From contig CAVTUQ010000007.1 of the NCBI GenBank assembly GCA_963737905.1, positions 128,001 through 192,000 on the forward strand: 64,000 nucleotides of DNA, given 5' to 3'. Shown here piece after piece: positions 38,271-48,826 of this stretch (position 1 is its first letter; each line of letters begins with the position of its first letter). The DNA comes from an uncultured delta proteobacterium. GTDB lineage: Bacteria > Desulfobacterota > Binatia > UBA9968. Below the pieces are notes generated by a model. It searched no databases and was not told the origin of the DNA. It was given only the letters and a program-made list of their open reading frames with translations. Both the position numbers and the translations under genes were made by a program.

Positions 38271-39195
38271 TCCGTCCAAAGTCGCCACCGCCGTTGTCGG
38301 CGTGGGCTATGTGGGAAAGTTCCACGCGGAAAAGTATGCAAGTTCCGGAAAGGCGAGTCTAGTCGCGGTAGCAGATATTGACAAAGGGCGGGCGGAGTCG
38401 GTGGCGAGTCAACTGGGCACGGCGACGCTTACGGACTATCGGGAGTTGGTGGGGCGAGTTCGGTGCGTCAGCGTCGCCGTGCCGACGCGCCTGCACTATG
38501 AAATTGCGAGTTATTTCCTCAAAAATGGCATAGATGTTTTGGTCGAGAAGCCAATCGCAGCCGATATCGACCAGGGCCGAGAGCTGGTGGATTTGGCAGG
38601 CGTCAAAGGACTCATTCTCCAAGTAGGGCATCTGGAACGCTTTAATCCCGCTATCCGTCGCCTCGAAAATGTCATTCAAGAACCTCGATTCGTGGAGTGC
38701 CATCGGCTCGCGCCGTTCGTCGAACGAGGCACGGATGTGGATGTGGTCTTGGATCTCATGATCCACGACATCGATGTCATCGCCAGCCTGGTACGCTCCA
38801 CCGTTGATCAGGTAGAAGCCGTCGGGGTGGCGGTGCTGACGGACAAGCCCGATATAGCGAACGCACGAATCAAATTCTCGAACGGTTGTATCGCCAATAT
38901 AACCGCGAGCCGCGTCTCCATAAAGCGCGAGCGTAAGATCCGATTCTTTCAACCGGACGCCTATCTTTCCATCGACTATGATCAGAGACGGGCGCAAATT
39001 TTTCACAAGCCGCCCCCAGGCGGAGGGTGGACGGATATTCGTGCTGAAACGATCGAGATTAAGGAGGCCGATGCCTTGGCCGACGAGATCGATTCGTTTC
39101 TTGATTGTGTGCGAACCCGATCGCTCCCATTGGTCAGTGGCGCGGAAGGACTACGGGCTCTGGAAATTGCGTCGATGATCAGCGAGCAACTGTAA
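38263..39195 (+). CDS. Gfo/Idh/MocA oxidoreductase, probably a GnnA-like UDP-GlcNAc 3-dehydrogenase
   Basis: VVGVG..G..HA, LVEKP, VGHLERFNP, DVVLDLMIHDID. Lies between lpxA/lpxI and lpxB. Confidence 0.82.
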   Translation: MIDPSKVATAVVGVGYVGKFHAEKYASSGKASLVAVADIDKGRAESVASQLGTATLTDYRELVGRVRCVSVAVPTRLHYEIASYFLKNGIDVLVEKPIAADIDQGRELVDLAGVKGLILQVGHLERFNPAIRRLENVIQEPRFVECHRLAPFVERGTDVDVVLDLMIHDIDVIASLVRSTVDQVEAVGVAVLTDKPDIANARIKFSNGCIANITASRVSIKRERKIRFFQPDAYLSIDYDQRRAQIFHKPPPGGGWTDIRAETIEIKEADALADEIDSFLDCVRTRSLPLVSGAEGLRALEIASMISEQL

Positions 39196-39221
39196 GATGC
39201 GGTTTAGAGTCCGGTTTCAAA

Positions 39222-40394
39222 ATGGTCAGACAATCAAAGCAAGTCATGCTGGTCGTGGGAGAAGCCTCCGGAGATGTTCATGGTGCTCATCTGGTCAAGG
39301 CGCTCCGGGATAAGGATCAAACGCTGCGATTTTTCGGTGTTGCGGGTGAACAATTAAAGCAGACCCATTTTGAGGCGCTTTTTGACGTATCAGAACTCGC
39401 CGGCATGGGATTGGTCGAACTTGCCGGCCATCTGCGTAATATTTGGCGGGCCTACCTTACTTTGCGCCATGCCCTGCGCGACCGAAGACCGGACCTGTTG
39501 GTGTTGATTGATTTTCCGGAATTTAATTTGAGGTTGGCGAAACTTGCCAAGCAACTAAAGATACCTGTTCTTTATTACATTAGCCCACAGATCTGGGCAT
39601 GGCGACGAGGTCGGGTTCGTCAGATCGCCAGATATGTCGATCATATGGCTGTCGTGTTTCCGTTTGAAGTGCCGTTTTACGAAAAGCGGAGGGTCCAAGT
39701 CAGCTTTGTCGGTCACCCTTTGCTCGATATCGTTCATTCGCGAGAGCCCCGCGAGTCTGTGTTAGGACGGCTCGCTTTGGATGCGGGGAAGCGAACCATC
39801 GCCATTCTGCCGGGGAGTCGTCGGGGCGAAGTCTCGTATCATCTCCCGGTGTTGCTGGACGCGGCATTGCGACTCAGTAAGGTCTCAGAGATCCAGTTTT
39901 TTGTGATTCGCGCCAGCACGGTGGGTCGTCAAGAGGTAGAATCGCTTTTGGATCGGGTTCCCTTAAAGATTCCGATCGTTGAAGACAAGCGCTACGACGC
40001 CTTGAATGCCTGTGATTTGGCATGGACGGCATCAGGCACGGTTACCCTGGAGGCGGCATTGCTTTTGAAGCCTATGATTGTTGTTTACCGGTTGTCGTGG
40101 CTCACCTACTCCCTCGCGAGAATGCTGGTCAAGATTAGACATGTCGGGATTGTAAATATTATGGTGGGTAAGGAGATCGTCCCTGAACTCATCCAAGCTG
40201 ATTTTACAGCGGCGGGAATTGTAAAGGAAACACGGAGTTTACTGGAGAACCAGGACCTGCGGGACAGAATGGTTAGAAAGCTGATCACCTTGCGAGAAAA
40301 ACTGGGCACGCCCGGGGCGGCCGATCGGGTCGCCGATATCGCCCTGTCCATCATGGGTAAAGCCCCCCGCGTGGCGATCGAGGAGATTTCTTGA
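39222..40394 (+). CDS. lpxB: Lipid-A-disaccharide synthase
   Basis: GEASGD, IDFPEFN, YISPQIWAWR, VGHPL, LPGSR, SGTVTLE. Confidence 0.96.
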   Translation: MVRQSKQVMLVVGEASGDVHGAHLVKALRDKDQTLRFFGVAGEQLKQTHFEALFDVSELAGMGLVELAGHLRNIWRAYLTLRHALRDRRPDLLVLIDFPEFNLRLAKLAKQLKIPVLYYISPQIWAWRRGRVRQIARYVDHMAVVFPFEVPFYEKRRVQVSFVGHPLLDIVHSREPRESVLGRLALDAGKRTIAILPGSRRGEVSYHLPVLLDAALRLSKVSEIQFFVIRASTVGRQEVESLLDRVPLKIPIVEDKRYDALNACDLAWTASGTVTLEAALLLKPMIVVYRLSWLTYSLARMLVKIRHVGIVNIMVGKEIVPELIQADFTAAGIVKETRSLLENQDLRDRMVRKLITLREKLGTPGAADRVADIALSIMGKAPRVAIEEIS

Positions 40395-42145
40395 AAAATT
40401 ACTTGCGATTGTTGCAATATCTCAGACCCTATGTCTGGCCCTATTTCGTGTTGGCGATGGCCTGCATGCTGGGCTACAGCGCTACAGAAGGGGCGTTGCC
40501 CTTTTTGGTCCAGTGGATGATGGATGACGTATTTGTCAAAAAAGATGTGGTCATGCTCTATTACCTTCCACCGACGATTGTCGCGATCTTTGCAATCCGG
40601 GGACTCCTGAATTTTGGCCAAGGTTATTTGAGTGATTATGTCGGACTGCGGATCATCCGGGACGTCCGGGATCTGATGGCCAGGCATCTGCAATTCATGT
40701 CCTTGTCTTTTTTTTCCCGTCATCCCAGCGGCACCTTGATTTCTCGGGTCGCCAGCGATGTTACGCTTCTGCGCTCCGCTTTGACTGATGCCATGGCTTC
40801 GTTTTTGAAGGACACGACCTCGCTTCTCGTACTGGTCGCGGTGGCCTTCATCAAGGATTGGTTTTTGGCGTCGCTGGCGTTTGTGGTTTTTCCGGCCTCC
40901 GTGTTGCCGGTCATGCGGCTAAGTAAGAAAATTAAAAGATTTGCCAGGCGTGGGCAGATCAGTACGGGTAAGTTGACCGTCTTTTTACAGGAGAGCATTC
41001 AAGGCAACCGAATCGTGAAAGCTTTTGGGATGGAAGAGTACGAGCTCCAAAGATTCGCCAAGGAGAATTTCCGGCTATTCAAACAATCCCTACGAGCCAG
41101 CCGCGTCAGAGGGATCGTGACGCCGATGATGGAGTTGCTTGCCGCTTTTGGCATCGGCACCGTCGTGTGGTACGGCGGATCGAGCGTCGTTGCCGGCGGC
41201 CGTACGCCCGGCGAATTCATGGCCTTTATGGCGGCTATGTTTCTCATGTACCAGCCGTTCAAAAACCTCACCCGCACGTACACCGTGCTTCATCAAGGAC
41301 TTGCGGGGGCAGAGCGCGTGTTTGAGATCCTTGACGAACCTCCGAGCATCAAAGACAAGCCAGACGCTAAGATGGCCCCGCGCTTTTCGAAGGCGATCGA
41401 GTTTCATGACGTGAGCTTTGCCTACGGAGCAAAGCCGGTGCTGAGCCGCATTAATCTAACGATCCGAGCGGGCGAGGTGGTTGCCTTGGTGGGCATAAGC
41501 GGTGCCGGGAAAAGCACCCTGGCCGATCTGATTCCTCGCTTCTATGATGTGAACGCGGGCCAAATTACGATTGATGGAATCGATATTCGGGACGTCAGTT
41601 TGGCAACGTTGCGCTCGCAAATCGGCATCGTAACACAACACACGTTTCTCTTTGACGACACGGTACGAAACAATATCGCGTACGGCGATCCGGATCGGGG
41701 TATGGACGCTGTCGTCGCCGCGGCTAAGGCAGCTCATGCGGACGAGTTCATAAGGTCTATGCCAAACGGATACGATTCCCAAATCGGCGAGATGGGCATG
41801 CAGCTGTCCGGGGGCCAGCGGCAAAGGCTGGCGATTGCGCGGGCACTCCTTAAAGATGCGCCGATTCTAATTCTTGACGAAGCCACCTCGGCGCTCGATT
41901 CGGATTCAGAACGAATGGTTCAGGAAGCTCTGGAACATTTGATGACGGAGCGCACGACGCTCGTTATCGCCCATCGCTTATCGACGATAAGGAATGCGGA
42001 TCGCATCCTAGTCTTGGTTGACGGAGCCATCGCCGAGGAGGGAACGCACGAAGAATTGTTGGCTCGAAAGAGCGAATACAGCCGACTTTATTCGTTGCAG
42101 ATGTTGGAGGAAGAAAACTCCCTCAACCCGGAGACGCTTCATTGA
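40391..42145 (+). CDS. msbA: Lipid A export ABC transporter
   Basis: Six-helix TM domain plus GISGAGKST, LSGGQRQR, LDEATSALD, and lpx operon context. Confidence 0.9.
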   Translation: MKNYLRLLQYLRPYVWPYFVLAMACMLGYSATEGALPFLVQWMMDDVFVKKDVVMLYYLPPTIVAIFAIRGLLNFGQGYLSDYVGLRIIRDVRDLMARHLQFMSLSFFSRHPSGTLISRVASDVTLLRSALTDAMASFLKDTTSLLVLVAVAFIKDWFLASLAFVVFPASVLPVMRLSKKIKRFARRGQISTGKLTVFLQESIQGNRIVKAFGMEEYELQRFAKENFRLFKQSLRASRVRGIVTPMMELLAAFGIGTVVWYGGSSVVAGGRTPGEFMAFMAAMFLMYQPFKNLTRTYTVLHQGLAGAERVFEILDEPPSIKDKPDAKMAPRFSKAIEFHDVSFAYGAKPVLSRINLTIRAGEVVALVGISGAGKSTLADLIPRFYDVNAGQITIDGIDIRDVSLATLRSQIGIVTQHTFLFDDTVRNNIAYGDPDRGMDAVVAAAKAAHADEFIRSMPNGYDSQIGEMGMQLSGGQRQRLAIARALLKDAPILILDEATSALDSDSERMVQEALEHLMTERTTLVIAHRLSTIRNADRILVLVDGAIAEEGTHEELLARKSEYSRLYSLQMLEEENSLNPETLH

Positions 42146-42161
42146 TCTCTGAAGAAAACAG

Positions 42162-43454
42162 GTGACGTACTGGGTTTACAACGCGCTAGCGAGCGCATTA
42201 TTACTGATCGGTCTGCTTTTCTCACCGGTGCTATATCTGTTGGGGAAGCGATACAGCATGGGTTTCGGCGAGCGTATCGGGTTTTATGGTCGGGAGATTA
42301 GAAAGTCTGTTAGAAATACGCGACCGGTATGGATCCATGCGGCTTCTGTGGGTGAAGCCGTATGCGCCGGCCGTCTCGTAGAGGAGATTAGGAAGCGGTT
42401 TCCCTCGCGGAAGATTGTTGTTTCGGCATTTACGCATACGGGTTATGAGACCGCTCATCGGGTTATACCCGATGCCTCGGTGATTTTTTTTCCCTTGGAT
42501 CACCCGTGGATTGTCAAAAAAGCCTTGTCCACCTTTGATCCGTCAGTGATGGTTTTTTTGGAGACCGAAATCTGGCCGAATATGCTGCGCTTGGCTCATC
42601 GGAAGGGAACTCCGATCCTGCTCCTGAGTGGGCGGCTTTCTCCACGGTCGTTCAACAAATATTCTTTATTGTCATGGTTCTTTCGCCGTGTCGTCCGAAA
42701 CTTTGCGTCGATGGGAATGCAGAGCGAGGAAGATGCCAGCCGTGTCAAAAGGCTTGGAGCCGATCCCAGAAAGGTGGTCGTCACAGGTAATTTGAAGCTC
42801 ATGGGGTCGGGAAGTGATGTTCATTGCAACGGCATGACCGCCGATTTTTTTAGCTTGAAAAGAAAAGCCACCGGGCGCTTGCTGGTGGCGGGGAGTTCAC
42901 ACCGCGGGGAAGAAGCAATCCTCCTGGATGCGTTTCGCCGTTTGAAGCAGGCCTTTCCCGATTTCCAAATGGTTTTGGCCCCCAGGCATCCGCAGCGTTT
43001 TCCAGAGGTGGAAAGTTTACTCAAGGCGAGCGGCATGGCGTATGGAAAGAAGAGCGAGATCAATGGACGGGCGACTTTGCTGCCGGATATTTTGCTTTTG
43101 GATACCCTCGGGGATCTTCAAGAGTTTTACGCCCTGGGAGATATTGCTTTTGTGGGCGGTAGCCTTTTCGATGCCGGGGGACACAATTTGCTGGAGCCGG
43201 CACGTGTACGCAGTCCGATGTTATTCGGGCCGCACATGACCAATTTTGCAGCGATCGCCGAAGCGATGAAAGAAAGAGGAGGAGGGGTCGAAGTTCGGGG
43301 GGTAGAGGACCTGGTTCGCGAGATCACCGGTCTGCTGAACGATACGGCCAAACGTCTGACCATGGGTGAGAAAGCTTACCAAGTTGCGGCGGATGAACAG
43401 CGTGTCGGCGAGCGTACTTCCGAATTATTGTCCCGTTATCTTCAACCGCTATGA
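42162..43454 (+). CDS. waaA: Kdo transferase
   Basis: WIHAASVGE, ETEIWPN, GNLK, APRHPQR, GGHNLLEP. Confidence 0.95.
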   Translation: MTYWVYNALASALLLIGLLFSPVLYLLGKRYSMGFGERIGFYGREIRKSVRNTRPVWIHAASVGEAVCAGRLVEEIRKRFPSRKIVVSAFTHTGYETAHRVIPDASVIFFPLDHPWIVKKALSTFDPSVMVFLETEIWPNMLRLAHRKGTPILLLSGRLSPRSFNKYSLLSWFFRRVVRNFASMGMQSEEDASRVKRLGADPRKVVVTGNLKLMGSGSDVHCNGMTADFFSLKRKATGRLLVAGSSHRGEEAILLDAFRRLKQAFPDFQMVLAPRHPQRFPEVESLLKASGMAYGKKSEINGRATLLPDILLLDTLGDLQEFYALGDIAFVGGSLFDAGGHNLLEPARVRSPMLFGPHMTNFAAIAEAMKERGGGVEVRGVEDLVREITGLLNDTAKRLTMGEKAYQVAADEQRVGERTSELLSRYLQPL

Positions 43455-43485
43455 GGCTGCAAATCAAAGCCGTGATTCGAGTTAG

Positions 43486-44550
43486 ATGAGCGGCAGGTGG
43501 ATTCGTCGAGTTTGGGAACGTCGTGGAGTTTGGGGAAGACTTTTGTGGATCTTGTTTTTACCCGTATCCTGCCTTTATTGGTTGGGTGTACAAACTCGTA
43601 ACGCCCTCTATTCCGCTGGCTGGAAAACGACCCAAAACCTTAATCCATTTGTGGTTAGTATCGGCAACTTGACAGTAGGCGGCACGGGGAAAACACCCAC
43701 CGTTGTTTGGGTCGCTCAGGAGTTGCAAAAAAAAGGCTTCAAAATCGTTGTGCTCAGTCGGGGTTATAGAAGAAAAGGAAATCAACCTGTGGTGCTGGCT
43801 GCTAACCTCCCTGCGAACGTCGATGACTTCGGCGATGAACCGTCGATGATGGCCCGACTTTTCGGATTGACCGTTGCGGTCGCGAGCCCGCGTTATAAGG
43901 GGGCTCTCGAGGCAGTTAAGAATTATGCTGTGGATGTTTTTATTCTTGATGACGGCTTTCAACACCGGCAACTGAGGAGGGACCTGGATCTCGTACTCCT
44001 GGGATCCGATTCAACGGGCTGGGTTCTTCCGTCCGGTCCCTTTCGCGAATCTAGAAAAGCGATCGGTCGGGCCGGCTTTTTGCTGATTACGGGCGGACAA
44101 GAAAAATGGCAACATGTAATCGCCAAAGCCGACCGGCAGTCTATTTTCTATGGTTCCCTCGAGCCCGCGGTTTTGATCGGAATGGAGTCACGACGTTGGA
44201 AAGAATATCCATTGAGTCTTATGGCGCGCCGGAAAATCGTGGTTGTCACGGCTATTGCGAATCCAGGGCCGGTTTATGGGATCATTCACGACTGGGAGGG
44301 TGAGATCATGGATGTGCTCGAATTCGCGGATCACCATCACTACTCCTCGCGGGATTGGCAACGCATTAATCGGGCTGCCCGCGACGCCGATCTGATCATT
44401 ACCACCGAGAAGGATATCCTCAAGCTGATCCGGTTTCCATTTGGGCGCGGCAAACTCTTCGCCCTGCGAGTGGCGATGGTCGTCGAAAACGGAGACATTC
44501 TCGTTCAGGCAATCGTTGATCGTATTCAAAAGAAGGCTAAAAGCAATTAG
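43486..44550 (+). CDS. lpxK: Tetraacyldisaccharide 4'-kinase
   Basis: GNLTVGGTGKTP, SRGY, GDEP, LDDGFQH, TTEKD. Confidence 0.95.
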   Translation: MSGRWIRRVWERRGVWGRLLWILFLPVSCLYWLGVQTRNALYSAGWKTTQNLNPFVVSIGNLTVGGTGKTPTVVWVAQELQKKGFKIVVLSRGYRRKGNQPVVLAANLPANVDDFGDEPSMMARLFGLTVAVASPRYKGALEAVKNYAVDVFILDDGFQHRQLRRDLDLVLLGSDSTGWVLPSGPFRESRKAIGRAGFLLITGGQEKWQHVIAKADRQSIFYGSLEPAVLIGMESRRWKEYPLSLMARRKIVVVTAIANPGPVYGIIHDWEGEIMDVLEFADHHHYSSRDWQRINRAARDADLIITTEKDILKLIRFPFGRGKLFALRVAMVVENGDILVQAIVDRIQKKAKSN

Positions 44551-44610
44551 AATAGGGGGAACCGTTGGCGCTGCGGTATTCGGACTGCCGCCATTTAAGA
44601 AAGGCATTCA

Positions 44611-45552
44611 ATGAGAGCATTGATCACTGGGGTTGCCGGCTTTATCGGCTCTCACCTGGCCGAGAAGCTCCTTGGGTTAGGGCACGAAGTCGTGGGTGTG
44701 GACAAATTCTTGGACAATTACGCACGCGACTTCAAAGAAGCAAATTTGGCGCCATTCCTCCAGCATCCGTCCTTCAAGTTTATCAACGATGATCTCGTCA
44801 ACATTGGATTGCGCCAACTACTCAGTCAAACGGATTATGTGTTTCATTTAGCTGCCCAGCCGGGGGTTCGCTCGAGTTGGGGGGAGGAGTTTTCTCATTA
44901 CCTGCACAACAATATATCCGCGACGCAGGTTTTGTTAGAAGCGTGCAAGGAGGTCGCGGTCAGAAAGTTCGTTTACGCCTCGTCTTCTTCTGTCTATGGA
45001 GATACCGACGACCTGCCGATGAGGGAGAGTGGCGGAACCCGCCCTGTATCCCCCTATGGGGTTAGCAAACTGGCCGCCGAGCATCTGTGTTACCTGTACT
45101 GGAAGGCGTTTGGGATTCCAACAGTTTCGCTCCGTTTTTTCACCGTTTACGGGCCGCGGCAGCGGCCTGATATGTTTTTTCATATTCTGATGCGGCATCT
45201 GCTTCTTGACGACGAAATCCCCTTATATGACGACGGTGAACAAAGCCGTGATTTTACGTATTGCGCGGATATCCTAGAAGGATTGACCGGGGCGGCATTT
45301 TACCCGGGATCCGGGGAGGTATTTAACTTAGGCGGCGGCGGCGAGATTACCTTGCTCAATGCAATCGCTTTGATCGAGCAAATAAGCGGCCGCAAGGCAA
45401 AGCTCAAAAGACTCGATCGTCAAAGGGGCGACGTACGCCGTACCCGTGCGAGCTTAGATCTGGCAGGAAAGAAAATCGGTTATAAGCCACTCGTTTCATT
45501 GGAAGAGGGCTTGTCGCGTCAATGGGAGTGGATTGCCGCAATAAGAAAATAA
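44611..45552 (+). CDS. NAD-dependent epimerase (UDP-glucuronate 4-epimerase-like)
   Basis: TGVAGFIG, HLAAQPGVR, YASSSSVYG, YGVSK, RFFTVYGPRQRPDM. Confidence 0.85.
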   Translation: MRALITGVAGFIGSHLAEKLLGLGHEVVGVDKFLDNYARDFKEANLAPFLQHPSFKFINDDLVNIGLRQLLSQTDYVFHLAAQPGVRSSWGEEFSHYLHNNISATQVLLEACKEVAVRKFVYASSSSVYGDTDDLPMRESGGTRPVSPYGVSKLAAEHLCYLYWKAFGIPTVSLRFFTVYGPRQRPDMFFHILMRHLLLDDEIPLYDDGEQSRDFTYCADILEGLTGAAFYPGSGEVFNLGGGGEITLLNAIALIEQISGRKAKLKRLDRQRGDVRRTRASLDLAGKKIGYKPLVSLEEGLSRQWEWIAAIRK

Positions 45553-45617
45553 AACTCTTACGAATGACAGTGGCCTTTCAAAGGTTAATCTAGGCCCTTT
45601 GAGAAAAGGAGTGTTCG

Positions 45618-45785
45618 ATGTCGATCAGTAAAGAGTTATTGGATATCCTGGCGTGCCCCAAGTGTAAGGGGGATATTCATCTAAACGAGCACGGCGATGG
45701 TTTGATCTGTGATGCCTGCCGCCTCCTGTATCCCATCAAGGATGATATTCCGGTGATGTTGATCGACGAGGCCGTGCGACTGTAA
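45618..45785 (+). CDS. ycaR: Trm112/YcaR-family protein (55 aa, not in ORF track)
   Basis: MSISKELLDILACPKCKG...CDAC..YPIKDDIPVML. AAGGAG RBS. Confidence 0.9.
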   Translation: MSISKELLDILACPKCKGDIHLNEHGDGLICDACRLLYPIKDDIPVMLIDEAVRL

Positions 45786-45788
45786 ATC

Positions 45789-46889
45789 ATGGATCCACGC
45801 ATTTGGGATAAGGTCTTGGTGGTTCAGACGAGCTTTCTCGGCGATACCGTTCTAACGGTCCCGTTGCTATACGAGATCAAACGGCGTTTCCCTAAGTCGA
45901 AGCTCAGTCTTCTTTGCACGCCGCTGGGGCAGGAGCTATTGTCGGATCATCCCGCCGTTGATGAGATTATCGTCGACGACAAAAAAAAACGCGACCGTGG
46001 GTGGACGGGTTTGTGGCGAAAGGCGGGGCTTCTTAGGCGTCAGGGATTTACGATGGCCTTGTGCCCGCATAAATCCTTTCGTAGTGGCTTGCTCTTGTTT
46101 CTGGCAAGAATACCTCTCCGGGTGGGCTTCGCCCAAAGCAAGAGCTTTTTCCTCTTCCCTGTGCGCGTCAACCGCAATGCAAAGCGACACGACGTGGATC
46201 GCACCCTTTCCGTTCTCGAGGGATTAGGGATACGGACCGAAGAGTGCGAACGCGTATTGGATATTCCGATCACAGCGGATGCGCGGGAAGATGTTATTCG
46301 GGAGTTCCACTCCTTGGGTCTGGACACGTCGAAGATGCTGATCGGACTGCATCCGGGATCGGTATGGGCCACGAAGCGATGGTCGGCGGAGGGTTTTGCG
46401 CGACTCATAGAGTTGCTGAAGGAAAGATACACTTGTGAGATACTCCTATTCGGCGGTCCCGAGGACGGGGAGGTCGTTGCCAAAGTTCAAAACCTTTGCG
46501 CCGGTGGCGCAGTGAGCCTGGTTGATCGGATTGGACTCCGCGAGCTTCCTGCAGCTTTAAGCCAGTGCAGGATTCTCATCACGAATGATAGTGGGCCTAT
46601 GCATATCGCCGTCGCGGAAGCTGTGCCGGTGATCGCAATCTTTTGCGCAACCACCCCCTCGCTCGGTTTCTATCCATACTCATCCAGAGCGATGGTGTTG
46701 GAAAAGAATCTATCGTGCCGTCCATGTAGCTCCCATGGCGGGCGGCGTTGCCCCCTGGGCACTGAAGATTGTATCCGTCTGATTGGCCCTGCACAGGTTT
46801 TTCAGGCGGTGGAGCGACTCCTCGAAGAAACGAGCCGGCCGGATTTCGTGATGGCGAATCGTTACGTGCCGCAGTTCGTAGCGGTCTGA
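45789..46889 (+). CDS. waaF: LPS heptosyltransferase II-like (GT9)
   Basis: TSFLGD, HPGSVWATKRW, TNDSGPMHIA, CRPC. Confidence 0.8.
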   Translation: MDPRIWDKVLVVQTSFLGDTVLTVPLLYEIKRRFPKSKLSLLCTPLGQELLSDHPAVDEIIVDDKKKRDRGWTGLWRKAGLLRRQGFTMALCPHKSFRSGLLLFLARIPLRVGFAQSKSFFLFPVRVNRNAKRHDVDRTLSVLEGLGIRTEECERVLDIPITADAREDVIREFHSLGLDTSKMLIGLHPGSVWATKRWSAEGFARLIELLKERYTCEILLFGGPEDGEVVAKVQNLCAGGAVSLVDRIGLRELPAALSQCRILITNDSGPMHIAVAEAVPVIAIFCATTPSLGFYPYSSRAMVLEKNLSCRPCSSHGGRRCPLGTEDCIRLIGPAQVFQAVERLLEETSRPDFVMANRYVPQFVAV

Positions 46890-46977
46890 TCTTCCTCTGC
46901 GTAAACAGTTGCCAACTTCACCAGCTTAAAATAAAGCCTTAGCAATTTGGGCTTGTAACGGCGAATCGCGGGGGGAC

Positions 46978-47787
46978 ATGAGTCGTGGATATTGGATAAT
47001 GTCGACTTCCCGAGATTGGCCGTGGGGCGTTGTTCCGCCAGGGTTCAGAAGAGTGGTCGATGGACGCGGGAGCCTGATGATCGTTCGAGAGGATGTTGCA
47101 GAATTTCTTACCATCGAGGAATGCACGAAAGAGAACCCTGAAGATGACCACGAGCCCGCCGTCTTCCAGGGAAGGGGAAGGTTACGGGCTATTAAGCTTC
47201 GCAATGGTGATGCGGCGCTGGTCCGACCCTATCGACACGGGGGCTTGTTTCGTCATTTGCTGGACGGGATTTTTTTTACTTGGCCGCCACGGCCCTTTAG
47301 GGAATTAGCGATCACCGAAGAGGTGCGCCGACGCGGCATCCCCACGGTTGAGGTCTTCGGTGCCTGCGTGAAGCGTATTGGCGGGCCGTGTTACCGTGGC
47401 TGGCTGGTGACACGACAGTTGAATGGCGGCGAGGATCTATGGACGGCCATTCGAGACGGTCTCGTTCGTCGGGCAGGAGCCCAGAAAGTTTTGGACGCGG
47501 TGGCAGGGAGCCTTCGGGCTTTGCATCGTGAGGGTATCTATCATCGGGACCTGAACCTGAAGAATATCATGGTACGTCGTGAGTCCGACGGGGTGAAGGG
47601 ATACATCATCGACTTTGACCGGGCTATGCTCTTCTTGGGAGAGGTTCCACCGAACCGGGCGCAGCGAAACCTCAACCGTCTCCTCCGGTCGGCGAATAAG
47701 TTGGACTCGAAGCGGGAGTATTTCTCCGTCGATGATTGGAAGAGGTTCGTCGATTCATATCGTGGGCACAATGCGGCCGAGCCCTAA
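46978..47787 (+). CDS. Kdo kinase-like LPS kinase (KdkA/WaaP family)
   Basis: RPYRHGG, RPFREL, HRDLNLKN, IIDFD, NLNRLLRS, resembling KdkA. Confidence 0.8.
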   Translation: MSRGYWIMSTSRDWPWGVVPPGFRRVVDGRGSLMIVREDVAEFLTIEECTKENPEDDHEPAVFQGRGRLRAIKLRNGDAALVRPYRHGGLFRHLLDGIFFTWPPRPFRELAITEEVRRRGIPTVEVFGACVKRIGGPCYRGWLVTRQLNGGEDLWTAIRDGLVRRAGAQKVLDAVAGSLRALHREGIYHRDLNLKNIMVRRESDGVKGYIIDFDRAMLFLGEVPPNRAQRNLNRLLRSANKLDSKREYFSVDDWKRFVDSYRGHNAAEP

Positions 47788-48826
47788 ACCAAAGAAAATT
47801 CTCGTGGTTCTTCATGGATCCATCGGTGATGTGACCCGTGCCTTGCCGCTGGCCAATCTTATTCACCGTGGTTTTCCCGGGGCGACCCTCGCGTGGGCTG
47901 TCGAACCGCCCTCTCTGCCGCTGGTGGAGCATCATCCCGCCGTGGATGAAGTCATTCTTTTTGATCGTCCCCGCTGGTGGAGCCAACTGGGTCCGTTCCT
48001 GCGGAGAATTCGCGCCGAACGCTTCGATTTGGTGTTGGATCTTCAACGCCATCTAAAAAGCGGCCTGATCAGTCGCTGGAGCGGGGCGCCGCACCGTTTG
48101 GGCTTTCACAGGATTGACAGCAAGGAATGCAACTGGCTGTTCAACAATCACTACATTCCAGCTGCGGGTCACGGCATATCCAAGTTCAACCATTATCTCA
48201 AGTTCGCTGAATATCTTGGTCTTGTTCCGGAGCCGGTGGAATGGAAGCTTTCGTTGACCAAGGAGGAGCAGGTTTGCGTTGACCATCAACTGGAAAAGGT
48301 GCGCGGCGAATTTGCCACGCTGTTTGTAGGCAGTCGATGGGAGAGTAAGGGATGGTTCGCGGCCCAAATATCGTCGTGCGCGAACCTTATCCAGGAGCGT
48401 TACGGCTTTAGCATTGTTTTGCTCGGCAGCGAACAAGACGCGATCCTCGCAAGGGAAGTCGAGGTCTCTTGCGGTCAAGGCACCACGAACCTGGTGGGCC
48501 GTACCTCGCTGAAGGAAGCCGTAGGGATCATCGCCCGGGCAAAGGTCGCAGTGGGACCCGATACCGGTTTAATGCACATTGCTGCTGCAGTGGGTACACC
48601 GGTCGTATCATTGTGGGGCGCTACGAATCCGTCTCGCGCCGGGCCGTATGGGTTCGAGGAACTAGTGATTCAAGGAGAGGCGGAGTGTTCGCCCTGCTAC
48701 CGCAAGCGGTGCCCTATTGGGCGAGTCTGCATGCAATCGATCGAAGTCGAAACCATCATGGCAAAAATTGAGATCGGCCTCTCACGCGAGCGAAACTGTC
48801 CGTCGGCCTATGAAACTCGGCTCTGA
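47771..48826 (+). CDS. Glycosyltransferase family 9 (heptosyltransferase I-like)
   Basis: SIGDV, DLQRHLKS, GPDTGLMHIAAA, CSPC. Confidence 0.85.
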   Translation: MRPSPKPKKILVVLHGSIGDVTRALPLANLIHRGFPGATLAWAVEPPSLPLVEHHPAVDEVILFDRPRWWSQLGPFLRRIRAERFDLVLDLQRHLKSGLISRWSGAPHRLGFHRIDSKECNWLFNNHYIPAAGHGISKFNHYLKFAEYLGLVPEPVEWKLSLTKEEQVCVDHQLEKVRGEFATLFVGSRWESKGWFAAQISSCANLIQERYGFSIVLLGSEQDAILAREVEVSCGQGTTNLVGRTSLKEAVGIIARAKVAVGPDTGLMHIAAAVGTPVVSLWGATNPSRAGPYGFEELVIQGEAECSPCYRKRCPIGRVCMQSIEVETIMAKIEIGLSRERNCPSAYETRL

